This document shows positions 23,805 to 37,506 of a stretch of 64,000 nucleotides of DNA, in pieces. The DNA is taken from assembly GCA_021613535.1 (NCBI GenBank), contig CP075493.1:14818001-14882000 (forward strand). Reading direction: 5' to 3'. Position 1 is the first letter of the stretch, and each line of letters begins with the position of its first letter. The DNA comes from Adineta vaga. Lineage: Eukaryota; Animalia; Rotifera. The translations under genes and the position numbers were made by a program. The notes under the pieces are model-generated. The model saw only the letters and a list, made by a program, of their open reading frames with translations, did not search any database and was not told where the DNA came from.

Positions 23805-23870
23805 TTTTGAGGGTGGGTGTGGATAAGGGTAAACATATGATAACAACACCCACACCCACACCCTCAAAAG
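23805..23870. repeat. Head-to-head telomere-like cassette, best-preserved copy
   Basis: TTTTGAGGGTGGGTGTGGATA, a 20-nt spacer, then ACACCCACACCCACACCCTCAAAA. The arms form an imperfect inverted repeat. Confidence 0.85.
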
Positions 23871-23914
23871 CTATGGAACGTTGAGAGTATATATTTATTT
23901 TTTATGTGCGTTAT

Positions 23915-25537
23915 TTATAATTTTAAAAATTTTGTAATACGTGCAGCATCATACTCCGAAACATACAAATTTAATTTTGAATCTAATGCTACACTATATG
24001 GCGAACTAAGATAGCTACTGTTACTACCATTTCCAGCAATTGTAATACCTGTTGAATCACCATTACAAAATAGTTGAATACGTGAATTTCCTTTATCAAC
24101 AACATAGATATTTTTCCATCGATCTAATTTTAAATCTATTGGATTAGATAGAAGAATAGCTGATGATCCAGATATACCAGCAATTCCAGCGACAATAGTG
24201 CCATTTGACGCATTAATATGCCATTTGATGACTGTGTTTGAGGCAGCATTAGTGATATATAAATCTTGATTAGATTCATCATAAAATAAACCACTTGGAT
24301 TTGATAATTTATCCGGTGTTGAACCTATCAATGAACATAAGTTTTATGAAGTATTTCTGATTTAGTTTACCTTGTCCATTCCCACCAGCAACAATAATGC
24401 CTACTGTTGCACCTGGACTCCATTTTACTACACGATGAGCCGGATATTCGGCTACATAAACATTTGAATTCGAATCGACCCATACACCATGTGGATTTCG
24501 TACTTGATTTAAAGTAATTCCAAATGTACCATCACCAGCTACCCTCACTCCTGTAGATGCATTGGTTGCCCAACGCATGACTCGATGATTGCTCGTATCA
24601 GCAACGTAAATACTCTGATTTGAATCGACATAATTAAATCGTATATCTAAGTTAAATTGATTTACTGCAGTTCCCTGCGTGCCAGCAGCTACTAGTATTC
24701 CTATTGTAGCACCAGGTACATATTTGAGTGTACGAAAATTTCCGTTATCATTTATGTATAAAGAATCACTAGAATCTATGAATATACCAGTTGGTAATGA
24801 TAACTGGTTGAGAGAAGGACCTTGAATACCATTGCCTGCATAGGTAATACCTATTTTATCCCAAAATATTCCGGTCATACCTTCGAATAAACACGAATAA
24901 AGACAATAGTATGAACATTCTCTGTCAATCGAAATTCATACATGGATTGAAGGTACTTTCTTGTGTTGATTTTGGTTTGATTAAAAGTGCAAGTAGAATT
25001 GCTATGATTGTTAAACCAAGAATCACAGTAGTAATAACAGAACCCACAATACAGCAACGTGTATATCTACAAAAATAAGCAGTAGGAAGATAATTAATAG
25101 CAAGAAATAAATCGATTTACTTTTTCTTTTTATTAATTTTACTAGCTTTATGATAATCATTTGTAATACCCTTTCGATCTGTCCACTTGTAATAAATATG
25201 TTTGTCAGATACTGTAAATATATCGGGCGAACAAATTTGCTCTTGAATGATTGTTCGATGACTATTATCTCGAATAGTAGTCGTCTTTGCTAAAGATTGA
25301 TGTTTCTATATTAAATTAATCAATATAACTAAACCAAAGAACGTTTCTATTTACTTCACATGATGTAGGATGAATTTTAGTGACATTAGTAGAGCTGCCT
25401 GAACTTTTTGATCGTTTAATTAGATTCTTGAGAAGTGATTTTTCTCGATGATGAGCATTTTCATTTGGAGGATTTTTGCTTTTCGATCGAATACTTATAT
25501 GAATTACGCGTGATTTTGACGAAGATCGTGATTTCAT
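23915..25537 (-). CDS. Membrane-anchored NHL-repeat (beta-propeller) protein, multi-exon
   Basis: NHL motifs PTGIFID, IYVADTSNHRVMRW, PHGVWVD..VYVAEY, NIYVVDKGNSRIQ, PYSVALD; TM segment CCIVGSVITTVILGLTIIAILLALL; basic N-terminal exon. The 5' exon structure is approximate. Confidence 0.82.
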
Positions 25538-26428
25538 TGGATGATGATGCTAAATTGATTCGATATTAAGAATAATGAAAAGGAAAACAATTACTCGGTT
25601 ATGTTGATGACGAGAAACTTTTATCACATTTGGTTGCATTTTTCGAATACGACTGTAACTAGTTTTTCAATGCAAATAAGATTTTATTATTTATTTCTTG
25701 TAGACAATAGATGTATGCATATCCTAGGTTTCTTTAACATACTATATTTCTTTTCAATTATAGAAGACGAAAACGAATATTTTTTGTTCTTTTGCGTTTT
25801 TATTTTATTCATCAAATTTTCTCTCAAAACAGAAAAACAACTCATGTACGTATAGATGGCTTGGTGATGATCAATACTATGATTGTTTTTAAAATTGAAC
25901 GTTGAGAAAAGCAATAATACTCCAAACGTTCGTAAATGACTGCTTCTGCATCAATGGATTATTATATTGAAAGATATTCGATTAAATTTAAACCAACATA
26001 AGACTTTCCAAAATAAAAGGAATGGATGAGAGTATTTGCCTTAACACTATATACTGCAATTTCTAATAGTTATTACTGTTAAAACGTTAGAAATGATAGA
26101 AAAAAAAGTATTTTATATCGTAATAACGCATATACATAAGAAAAACCTAAGTCACATTACAAATGCATATATTCTCCTATTTCGTTGTTATATGAAATGT
26201 AACGTATATTCATATAAAGTATGACAGTGAAAACGTCATGCTCGAAAATAAAGAAATAGCACATATTACTTCGTTGTTGTTTAACTCATTAAAATGATAT
26301 ACATGTATATGAGTCATTAAGATATATCATGCGTGACTAAAAATATACCTATCTTATTATACTCAAAAACCATTGTAATTACGAAAAACCATTCATAAGA
26401 TAAAAAATATTGTACAGTATATTTATAC

Positions 26429-29400
26429 ATGGAACTTCTTTCGTTAAACGACAGACGTATATCATACGAACGAATATTTGGTGGACGAAGACCATTTGGA
26501 ACTATTCGTCGGTAGGTGAATGAAATTGATGGGAAAGAATATTATGATACACATATACATACTATTTCATTCTTAGAACAATAGCAAATTGGTTAACACA
26601 TCGATATTTATCTGCTCTAACAGTGTTTCTGTTATTCACAATTATATCAATAGTCGTTAGTGTATTGATTGTTTGTTTGACTTTACGTTATGATTTAGAT
26701 ATAACATGTCAATTAACTTTCAAAAGAGCAGCTGAACATTCAATTGGTTACAATTCACGTCCATATCATGTTGCCACTGGTGATTTTAATGAAGATAATC
26801 ATCTAGATATAGTGGTAGCTAATTCTGGTACTGATAGCATTATGATCTTTCTGGGACATAGTAATGGATCATTTTCCAGTCCAATGACTTATTCAACTGG
26901 ACCGCAATCTCATCCTACTTCTGTTGCAGTAGATGACATGAATAAAGATCATCAACTTGATATTATTGTTGCCAATTATGGTACGAATAGTATCGGTATA
27001 TTTCTAGGCAATGCAAACAGACGTTTTGCAGATTCAATTATCATTTCACTTGGTTCATCTCGTCCTCTTTCGTTAGCTACTGGTAATTTCAATAATGACA
27101 ATCAACGCGATATTGCTGTCGTTACTTATGGAACTTCGAGTTTACTTATACTATTAGGCTCACGTAATGGATCTTTTCAAATTGGTACAATCTATCATAT
27201 GGGCTATGATACAATTCCGTATGCACTTGCTGTTACCGACTTTAACAGTGACAATCTATCGGATGTAGCTGTTGTCAATTATGGCACCAGCATGTTAACT
27301 GTACTGATACAAGATGTAGATGGATCATTTATCAGTCAGCAATATACGACTGGTAGAGGCTCGCATCCATCTGATGTTACCATCGGCGATTTTAATAAGG
27401 ATCAATTATTAGATATTGCTGTCACGAATTCTGATTCGAATAATGTAGGTATCTTTTTAAGATATGGAAACAACTCGTTCGGTACAATGATCGAATATGC
27501 GACGGGTATGAATTCACGACCACGATCTATTAGTATTGGAGATCTTAACCATGATGGTCAACTAGACATTGTTGTTATCGATTCAACTAATAATAACGTA
27601 CTTATTTTGAAAGGAAATGGTCATGGACATTTTTCTATTATAACAAGACATTCTACAGGATTTAATTCTAATCCAACTTCGCTTGTGATTGGTGATTTTG
27701 ATAATGATAACAAATCAGATATCATCGTGACCAATAATGGTATCAATAATATTCTTCTATTGACAACATATGATGTTTATCCTGCTGCAAATCAGACTAC
27801 ATATCCTACTGGCACCAATTCCAGACCAAGCTGTGTTACTGTGGGTAATATTAATAATCACAATCATTTCTCAGATATTATTGTAGCCAATAATGGTAGT
27901 GGTACTATCAGTATATTTATGAATCATGGTAATGGAACATTTACTAGTTCAAAAGAACTTTTTCTAGGAAGTAATTCTCATCCATCTTCTATTATTGTCT
28001 ATGATGTCAATTACGATGGACATCTTGATATCATCGTAGTTTTAAGTTCGCTAAGTGAAATACAGATTTTATTTGGAGATGGTAATGGAAGTTTTAGTTA
28101 CAATGATACATATTTAACTGGACAGAATTCCTATCCTCAATCGATTGCTATTGCAAATATGAATAACGATTCTTATCTAGATATTGTTGTAAGCAATTAT
28201 ATGACTGGAAGTATTGGTATACTTTATGGACATAGTAATGGATCGTTTAGAAATATTACGTTATATCCTATTGGAAATGATTTTTATCCCGTATCAATGG
28301 CTGTGAATGATTTGAATAGCGATAAAATATTAGATATTATCGTTGTTGATGATATCAATGGTCTTATAGCTATCATTTTAGGATATAATAATGAATCATT
28401 TGCCATACCATCAATAATATCGACGAATGATGATCGTCCACGTGCTTTAGCCATTGGTGATTTAAATAATGATCATTTATTGGATATTATTTATGTGAGT
28501 ACTTCATTTTCTTCGTTGGGTATACTTTTTGGTAATGGAGACGGTAAATTTGGAAATATAAATAAATATTCGAGTGGAGAAGGTACTTGGCCATATGATG
28601 TGGCTCTTGGCCATTTCAATAATGATACTTTTCTAGATATTGTCGTTACAAATGCTTATGGATTTAATATAGATATATTCTTTGGACTTAAAAATGGTTC
28701 TTTTACAACACCGAAGACATTCTCAACAGGATTTTCTTCTATTCCAGTGTCTGTTAGTTTAAGTGATTTTAATAATGATAATCAACTTGATATTGTTGTT
28801 AGTAATTATAATACAAATAATATTGGCGTATTTCTCATACAATATGAAATGAATTTTATGTCTGAACGAAGTTATTCTACTGGTTCTGCTACACATCCAT
28901 TTTCAGTTACTACAGGTGATTTTAATCATGACAATCGATTAGATATAATAGTAGCGAATCCAGACAATGATAATATTGAATTACTCACGAATTTTTATCA
29001 AGGAAGTTTTAAGAATCGAGAAACATATTCAACTGGATTTGGTTCTTATCCACAATTTGTTGCTGTTGCTAATTTTAACAAAGATAATCAACTCGATACG
29101 GCTGTTATTAATAATAGAAATGGTACTATAAACATATTTTTTGGTCTAGGAAATGCAACATTCGACATTCCAATCTTACATTCTAACGATCCGAATTCTT
29201 TTCCTACTTCAATGGCAGTTGGCGATTTTAATCATGACAATTGGACCGATATTGTTGTTACTAACAATGGTACAAATAATATAGGTATTTACTTTGGATT
29301 TGATTATCCAACATTCACAAATGATACTATTTATATTCCTGGACCTTCTTCCGTTCCACTTTATTTGGCCGTAGATGATTTAAATAATGATCATCAATGG

Positions 29401-30981
29401 GATATAATCGTTGCTAATGCACAAACAAAGAGTATTAGTATTTATCTAGGTTTTGGAAATGGAACATTTGCGGAAGAAAGATCATTTTTAACAGGTGGTA
29501 ATTCGCCAATTTCACTATCGATAGCAGATTTCAATAGAGATATGCAACTTGATATCGTTGTTCTGTATAGAGAAGAGAATTGTATAGGTATATTCATTGG
29601 TGATGGAACTGGTTATTTTCAGAATCAAACGATTTATAGTACGGGTAAATCATCGTATCCTCGTTCATTAACTATTGCTGACATTAATCAAGATAATATC
29701 GTAGACATTATTGTAGCTAATCGTGGTAGTAACTCTGTAGGTGTTTTTATTGGATATGCTAATGGTTCATTTACAGAACAAAAAGTGTACGCGATTCCTG
29801 ACAGATCTTTTCCAGCATGGGTAGTCGCTACTGATTTGAACAAAGATACTATTCTTGATTTCGTTACAGCTAATTATGCTCAAGATAACATCGGTATAAT
29901 GTTCGGAAATGGTAATGGTACTTTTCAGAATATGACCTTTCTCTCTACTGGAAATGATTCGAGTCCATATATGGTTGCCATAGCAGATCTCAATTATGAT
30001 ACATGGATGGATATTGTTGTTATTAATGTACATGGTCAAAATGTTGGTATATTTTTTGGTCGAAGTAATGGAACATTTTCAACACAAATAACATATTCAA
30101 CTGGTTCTCAATCGAGTTTATATTGGATAACCATTGTTGATTTGAATCTTGATAATCAACTTGATATTATTGTATCTGATTTTGGTAATGGAAATAGTAA
30201 TATCGGAGTATTCTATGGATATGATAATGGAAAATTCTTACCAATCAAGACTTATTCGACTGGTTTATATTCAAATCCAACGTGTGTTGTTGTCCGTGAT
30301 TTTAATAACGATCAACGATTAGATTTAGCGATTACATATACAAATCAAGATAGTATCGGTATTCTACTTCGAAATAGAAGTGAACCTTTAGCAGCATCCA
30401 TATTATATTCTACTGGAGATAATTCTCATCCAAAATCAGTTGCTATTGCTGATCTTAATCATGACAATCATGAAGATATTGTCGTAGCTAATTCTGGTAC
30501 GAATAATATTGGTATTTTTATAGGTAATAGAGATGGTATATTTACTCCACAACAAACATATTCTACTGGTTCTAATTCTGTACCGGTTTCGATTGCTATA
30601 AATAATTTTAATAATGATACTCATCTTGATATTATTGTTGCAAATTCACAGACTAATACTATTGTTATTTTTCAAGGATATGGAAACGGATCTTTTACAT
30701 TCTTCACTAGTTTCTTTACTGGAATTGATTCTATTCCATCTTCTATCGCTGTAACAGATTTAAATCGAGATAATTATTTAGATATTGTTGTTGCAAATTA
30801 TGGTAGTAACGATATTCTTATATTTTGGGGAAATTTCGTAGAACCCAAATCGTATTCTCTTGGTTATAATGCTCGTCCTGTTTCAGTAACTATTGCAGAC
30901 ATGAATGAAGATAATTTGTTGGATATTATCGTTGCTAATTATGGTACTGCTTATGTAGAAATTCTTTTACAAACATGTTAG
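26429..30981 (+). CDS. Large FG-GAP/VCBS-repeat (integrin-alpha-like beta-propeller) membrane protein
   Basis: Exon 26429-26511 splices in frame to 26577-30981. N-terminal TM helix, then more than 20 repeats of P.SVAVGDFNNDxxLDIVVANxGxNNIGIFLGxGNGTF. Confidence 0.92.
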
Positions 30982-31124
30982 TTGTTCATACTCTTTTTTA
31001 TTAGATATCGTAGTAATTCTTTTAATCAAGAATGTATCGAAATTGAAATTCTAACAAAATACGACGGAGATGAATTGTTTTATTATCGTTTTCGATCATG
31101 AAGTCATATTTAGATTTGTCACTA

Positions 31125-32267
31125 TTAAAGATCAAGTAAAGCTTGAAATGTTGCTGTAATAGATTTAATTAAAGATTCTTGTTGATATCCACCTTCTAAA
31201 ACGAATGCTAAAGGAATTTTCAATTCTTTTAATTTTTTTGTCATTTGATAATATCCATTTGGAGTTAATCGAGCACATTCTTCTGCTTCACCTTCAGCAG
31301 CATCAAAACCAGCTGAGATTAAGATTAAAGAAGGAGCAAACTGAATGATATCTGGTATTATTTTCGAATCAAACTGTTCTAAATATTCATCATCACCAGG
31401 TATTTTTTGTTTTTGAAAAAGATCAATGAGAAGACAGTTTGAAGGTACATTATTAGAATTCGACGATTTTCCAAATGCTGCATACAAATCAATCAGACGG
31501 TATTTATTTTGTTCATCTTTCAATATTTGTCCAAAGATTTGTTCAGTTCCAAAACTTCTATGTACGTCCCAATCCAATACAAGAACTTGATTGAGTTGAA
31601 GAATCTTAACAGCATATACTGCGCCAATGGCAACAGAATTTAAACCACAAAATGTTCCCACTTGATCCGTGGATGAATGATGACCAGCTGGACGAATAAA
31701 AGCAAAACCAAAATTGATTTCACTTCGAACCAGTGATAAAACTAAATTAATCACTGTTCCAGCTGCTGTTCGACATGCATTAGCAATGATTGGACCAACA
31801 CTATTCGCATAGGAAAGTGTTCGCATCGATTTAATATCATCAACTGATTCTCCACGTTGAACAGATAAAAATTCACGAAGAAAATTTTCTGAATGAACAA
31901 GTCTAATTTCTTCATCGGTAATCATTCGTCCAGGAATAAATTTCCAAGGTAATTGATTATTAATCCAAAAATGATGATGAAAACATTCGATAATCGACGT
32001 TAAACGCCAAGGTTGTTCAATATGTGATTCACTCCATCGATGCATAAACATCATATCCAATGAATGTACATCACAAGGAGATATACCAATCCGGATTGAT
32101 GATCCATTAGATGAACTATTATTCCATTTATTGACAAGTTCAATTATTGATAAAGGTATATGAATAGGTTCGTAGATTGGTTTTATTTTCTCTTGTATTG
32201 ATAGATTTGTATTGTTCTCAGAATTGTCGAAAAGTTGTCCGAAATCTTCTATATCTTCATCAGTCAT
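31125..32267 (-). CDS. Zn-dependent histone deacetylase family protein (class II / amidohydrolase-like), intronless
   Basis: HIEQPWRL, RPAGHH, FCGLNSVAI, LDWDVH, SAGFDA and LEGGY motifs. Confidence 0.92.
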   Translation of the reverse strand: MTDEDIEDFGQLFDNSENNTNLSIQEKIKPIYEPIHIPLSIIELVNKWNNSSSNGSSIRIGISPCDVHSLDMMFMHRWSESHIEQPWRLTSIIECFHHHFWINNQLPWKFIPGRMITDEEIRLVHSENFLREFLSVQRGESVDDIKSMRTLSYANSVGPIIANACRTAAGTVINLVLSLVRSEINFGFAFIRPAGHHSSTDQVGTFCGLNSVAIGAVYAVKILQLNQVLVLDWDVHRSFGTEQIFGQILKDEQNKYRLIDLYAAFGKSSNSNNVPSNCLLIDLFQKQKIPGDDEYLEQFDSKIIPDIIQFAPSLILISAGFDAAEGEAEECARLTPNGYYQMTKKLKELKIPLAFVLEGGYQQESLIKSITATFQALLDL

Positions 32268-32541
32268 TGAAAATAAATTTTATATATTAATCGATTCTTA
32301 AAAACAAATACCTGAAAATGTGGAGAAAAGCTTGGATGAAGCACACCGTTTTTATCCGTAATGCTTCTCAATGACTCATGTTATTGCACAATTATGATGA
32401 CAGCTATGTTGTAAAATTGTGTTGTTTTTCGATGCATATCTAACTTGTGAATTGATGAAATTAAATATTTACTATTAACATCAAGTTATTATCGAAAACT
32501 TGTGTTTAAACAAAAATATGAGGAATTATTTTTTTTCTTCC

Positions 32542-32585
32542 GAGGGTGTGGGTTGATTGAATATTCACAACGTCATCCACAACCT
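32542..32585. repeat. Telomere-like cassette variant
   Basis: 28-bp exact match to 12884-12911, followed by a decayed C-rich arm CATCCACAACCT. Confidence 0.7.
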
Positions 32586-32878
32586 ATGTTTTCATTACGA
32601 CTAAACAAATGTCTATTACCTTGAGATCTTATTTGAATAAACGAGTATGTTTATGCATAGTAAGATAAAAAGTTTTAAAATAACTAATGACGACAATATT
32701 AATGAAAAGAAAAAAATCGCTTCATATAAATGCGCGATGGGGTATTAAAAAACTGTACAAAATAGTTCGTCTTTCGTTCGCTTTTACTTTTTCTTTGAGA
32801 GCATTGAGGTGAAAAACAAGCGTAGTAGAGATACATCGGTAAAAACGATATTTCATTTTCGATTAGAATATATCAAAC

Positions 32879-33316
32879 ATAGTTTTACTCTATCAACTTG
32901 CTATTTTTATTATTGCTCTTCAAAGTGTTTATACACTTAAATGTTATACAACAACTATTGCTTCGAACGGTACAATAATGACGATTCCCATAGATAGCGA
33001 TCTGGTGACCGGGTGCGTGCAATAGTACTGTACGATGCGCATGTACTAGTTATAAAGCGAAATGTACCACTGGAGACACTGTGTGTACGGCTACTGAAAT
33101 TCAACAGGGTATTACCAAATGGTTTAGTATACGCTTGCGTCTAAGGAAGTGTGCACATATTTGTCAACTTCACCATCTATTTACATGAGTTTATCATGCT
33201 GTTATACAGACTTATGTAATAATCAAACAAGTGGTGCTACTTCATCGACAATGATCAAGTCATTTTCAACATTAATCATTCTTCTTATTATCACGATCAT
33301 GGTTAAAAATATATGA
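32879..33316 (+). pseudogene. Ly6/three-finger-like paralog copy 1 (start lost, frameshifted)
   Basis: Clear nucleotide similarity to 38957-39391 (tatcaacttgct...caaagtgtttatacacttaaatgttat; tgctgttatacagacttatgtaataat). ATG is replaced by ATA and there are internal indels. Confidence 0.8.
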
Positions 33317-33804
33317 AATCTACAGGCTCATCTAATTTTTTAATCTCGCTGTTGATATTTAGTCATTTCTATTAGTTAAATCGATATCCAAATAAAATTT
33401 CTTTTGAATAATATCACGAAATCCTCTGATGATGATTGATCATAAACGAGTATTGAGTATGTTCCAAGTTGGCATTAATTAATTTGAAAAGAAATATCGA
33501 GATTTTTCAACAACTTTATTATAAGAAGTTGATGAAAACATATAATTTAATATACTTTCATTTAGAAGTCGTTTTTCTCTATGTGTAGTTTTTAAGTTCA
33601 AACATATGGAGTCTTCTATTTTTATGGAGAATTTATTGATTGAATTTCTCTAATTATTTCATTCTATAAAATCTTTAATATATTTTTTTCATGGAACATT
33701 TGATTGTCTTTGAAATAACTACACAATTTAATCCAGGTTTGGTGAATATTCTCCGACAAATCTGTTGGTATATTTCGTGTTTCATTCTTTGTCGCATCTT
33801 GAAG

Positions 33805-34025
33805 GTGATTCTAATTCGAACCAGTGGCAAAACTAAATTAATCATTGTTCCAGCTGCTGTTCGACATGCATTAGCAATGATTTAATATCATCAATAGAAT
33901 CTCCATGTTGAACGGATAAAAATTCGCGGAAACATTTTTCTGAATGAACAAATCTAACTTCTTCGTCAGTAATCATTCGTCCGCAAATAAAGTTCCATGG
34001 TAATTGGTTCTTAATCCAAAAATGA
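33805..34025 (-). pseudogene. Duplicated HDAC fragment with 40-bp internal deletion
   Basis: Aligns to ~31715-31975 (FWIKNQLPWNFICGRMITDEEVRFVHSE vs FWINNQLPWKFIPGRMITDEEIRLVHSE). The deletion joins GATT at 31788 to GATT at 31828. Confidence 0.88.
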
Positions 34026-36085
34026 TTTGCATTTTTTGACAAGTTTTCCATTCTCATACGTATCCACTTTTATTCAGCGATATATTTACCATTATTGTCA
34101 CACTGTATATCGACACAAATCGTTGCCTACTACGATATAATTAGCCGTATTAGAAACTGGTCGCAAGCTTATTACAAACTATAAGAGAGAATCTCCCTTA
34201 CACCTGATGTAATCTAATTAACTTGACCATGTAGAGTAGTATATGGCCTAAGATTAATAACTTTAACAATGAATGAAACAGATGGAATAGAATCATGGAA
34301 AACCGGATTTGATGAAATGAATACTAGATATATAGTATATAACAAATGTGGTAGAATAAATTTTCGAAAATATAAATAAAATAGGGAAAAATTATTTCAT
34401 AGTCGCAACTGTTTAGCTGAAGATCTGGATCCAAATATGTAGACGTCTTTATTAGAAGTTTTTTGCGTTTCTTAGCAGATATAGTCAAGATTTTCGAAAA
34501 GTTTGACATAAATTTACTATAGTACAGAGCTGGAATCTTGAATTAGAAAGGCTAGTAAGATTGTTCGATTTGCATTACATGTGTCAAATTAGTATTCTGT
34601 TTTATCCAATTCCAATGAATTTAATATCAACTGTTGTCACAGTTGTGCGTAACACAAATACAACTTATGGTGCACCAGCTAAATTCGATTGTATCTGTTG
34701 TAGTGATTATATTAATAACTTTATATTAAATAGTGAATTGGGCACTCAAATCAACGATTTAAATACATAATGTTCAACGAATGGATATGACAATTGAACT
34801 CAAAAATTAATTAGTTTATATAAAAATATGAATTATACAGGATAAACCTTGACACATTTCTTAGGAGGCGATGAACGATTAGCAATTTGAATCATGAGAA
34901 CAAGTAACCTATTAACTGTTGAATATTATTTTCAATCTAAATTTTTCTGTGATCATTCCATCAAGTAGTTTAGAAGCTAGCAAAGGTGTCCAATGAATGC
35001 GAGCAACATTGGCTTATGAAACCATGTCTAATCCATGTAGTACATCCAGTATATATGGTGAAACACATGATTATATAGTGAATCTTTTACCGGTTGTGTC
35101 TAAATTACAGTATCAATAAATACAGTCAAGTTATTTTAATCTCATCTCAATTATCAAAATATTTATTCATTTCAACTTTTGAAAAAAGCTACGTTGAAAT
35201 AATCTTTCTTTGCTTTATGTTTTCTAGGTTAACAAACAATTATCAATGATGCGGTCAAATTTGCAGTTCTATTGATCATCTCTCACTCTTTTTGGTTTTA
35301 TGTCTATGTGTATATATTATATCTTTATATAAACGCTTGACTTCATATTTATCTCTTCTTTTATTTTCAATTCGTAAAATATAAACATACATAATGCAGA
35401 CTATTGATTGATTTGATTCAACTGAAATAAACCGACAAGATGCACTATCATTCTCGACGCATTTAGAACTGATTTGATCTTCCTTTTTCATATCATCCAT
35501 CTTATAAGATGATTCATATCAAAATCACTGATGTGAAATGTATTACTCATTGATCAATATTCAGGTACAAAATAACTGATAAGTGTATGACTCATTTTTT
35601 CTCCAGGTTGTTTACACAGACGAGCTGGTGTAATGATCGTCTTATATGATCGAAAAGTATCTGTAAAATACAATTTATTAGAATAACATTTCAGAAATAG
35701 AAAAAAATGTCCTAACGATACAAAGCGAAATTTTCACAATATCGTTGATCCTAGTTGTAAATGTCATATTTCAGTTTGACTTCATCATGAAACGAATGCC
35801 TGTGACCTTAAAATATTTGAAATATACGAGTATGTTTGTTTATACGTACCAATTTAAGAAGCGACATATCAAGTAATAATGATAATATTAGTCAGAGGAT
35901 CTGATCAAAAGAGAATGAGGGTGAGTCAAAAACTGTACAAAATATGTCATCTTTCGTTCGTGTGTGACTAAGCTTAAATTGGTTTCTCTGTTTTTTTCTT
36001 TGAGAGTATTCAAGCGAAACACAAGTGACGTATAAATACATGAATAAGAACCATGTATTTCAGTTTCGTTTTTAAGATAACAAAA

Positions 36086-36519
36086 ATGGCTTTAGTCTAT
36101 CAACTTGCTGTCTTCATCATTGTTCTTCAAAGTGTTTATACACTTAAATGTTATGTATTGGCTGCTGATAACAGTGGTGCAATGGTGATGACTCCCGCGG
36201 ATAGTGCCAATATGACAGCTTTGTGCAATAGTACTGTACCATGTGCATGTGGTAGTTATAAAATAAAATGTTGGAATTATAACAGTGCATGTACGACTGC
36301 TGAAAGTCAACAACATACAACTAAATGGATTTACATACTCACAAGTAAGGATATGTGTACACAGATGGCAGCTATATCAGCTACTGAGACGAGTATGACC
36401 TGCTGTGTACAGATTTGTGTAATAATCAAACAATTACTGCTACTTCATCGACAATGTTCTATTCACTTTCAACATTGATCACTACTCTCACTATCTCGAT
36501 CATGGTTAATGATATATGA
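36086..36519 (+). pseudogene. Ly6/three-finger-like paralog copy 2 (frameshift before TDLCN)
   Basis: Near-identical N-terminus to copy 3. tgctgtgtacagat vs tgttgttacacagac is a 1-nt loss that shifts the CCYTDLCN motif and GPI tail out of frame. Confidence 0.8.
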
Positions 36520-37237
36520 AATCTACAGACATAATCAGGGTGATGGAACTTCTAATTTAGATGCTTTTATTTATTCACTTGCATTTCTTTATAGTTTTTT
36601 TTATTTATCCAATAAAATATCCGAACAGAACTTTTTTAATGATGACTCACATTAAACATCTATTAAGCATGTATAGCAAACGTCCTTTTGTGTTTAAAAT
36701 GAATGTTGAGGGTGTGTATAACCACCATAGACAGAAACAAAGCATGGTTTTTTTCTCGCTTAACATTTTCTTGACTTGGAGTTTCATTAGAAAAACATTA
36801 ATATTATAAAAAACAATGATGTTTTGAAAAATGAGGAACAAATACAATGAGTATCTCTATGTTTTAAATTATTTCTGTAACAATTCACTACGTATACTGC
36901 ATACTAATATCAACGATAGGTATGGTAGTATTCACTAGTTATCATTTAAAAGGTACAACATCGTGTAGGTGGTCAACTATAGAAATATTGATTATCGATA
37001 GTGTTGTTTAAGATTATTTTGAATATAATTCGTTGAGTAACAGAAATAAAGATGAGACGAAACTATACATTTATCATACCTCGTAAGAACGCGTTTTTTG
37101 GTACACAGAATGATTTTATTATTCAAGGTGAATCATCGATGTATTACTCGTTTTGGCTAGTGAGTAGTCGAACGTGTGTTCCTCGATTAGGAATGATTTC
37201 ATTATTGAGTGCTATTCGATTTAATTTGGCGTATATC

Positions 37238-37506
37238 CCCTAGCAAACAAGGTTTGTTGAAACACGCGTTTCAACGAACAGTCGGGAACGGCGATTGATA
37301 GCGAAAAACGCTCGAAAATAAAACACTGGAAACGGCGTTTTTAGCGTGAAATTCGCACTTTTACAGAGTTTAAACGGTAAAAAGTGAGCCTTCTTAGCAT
37401 TTAAACCCAATTTTTCTCTAAACCTCGAAAAGTATACGTTCAAACACTAATAAAGCTATATTTTCACCGTTTAAACGCGTGTTTCAACAAACCTTGTCTG
37501 ATAGGG
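37238..37506. mobile_element. MITE, 269 bp, 39-bp TIRs, probable CACTA/EnSpm-like non-autonomous element
   Basis: Left TIR CCCTAGCAAACAAGGTTTGTTGAAACACGCGTTTCAACG matches the reverse complement of the right end at 36/39. TC flanks both sides (possible 2-bp TSD). No coding capacity. The superfamily call is an inference from the CCC termini and 2-bp TSD. Confidence 0.88.

Noticed and set aside
34100-35500. Short ORFs and coding-like patches between Ly6 copies 1 and 2
   Set aside because: No recognisable motifs or consistent splice model; may be decayed sequence.
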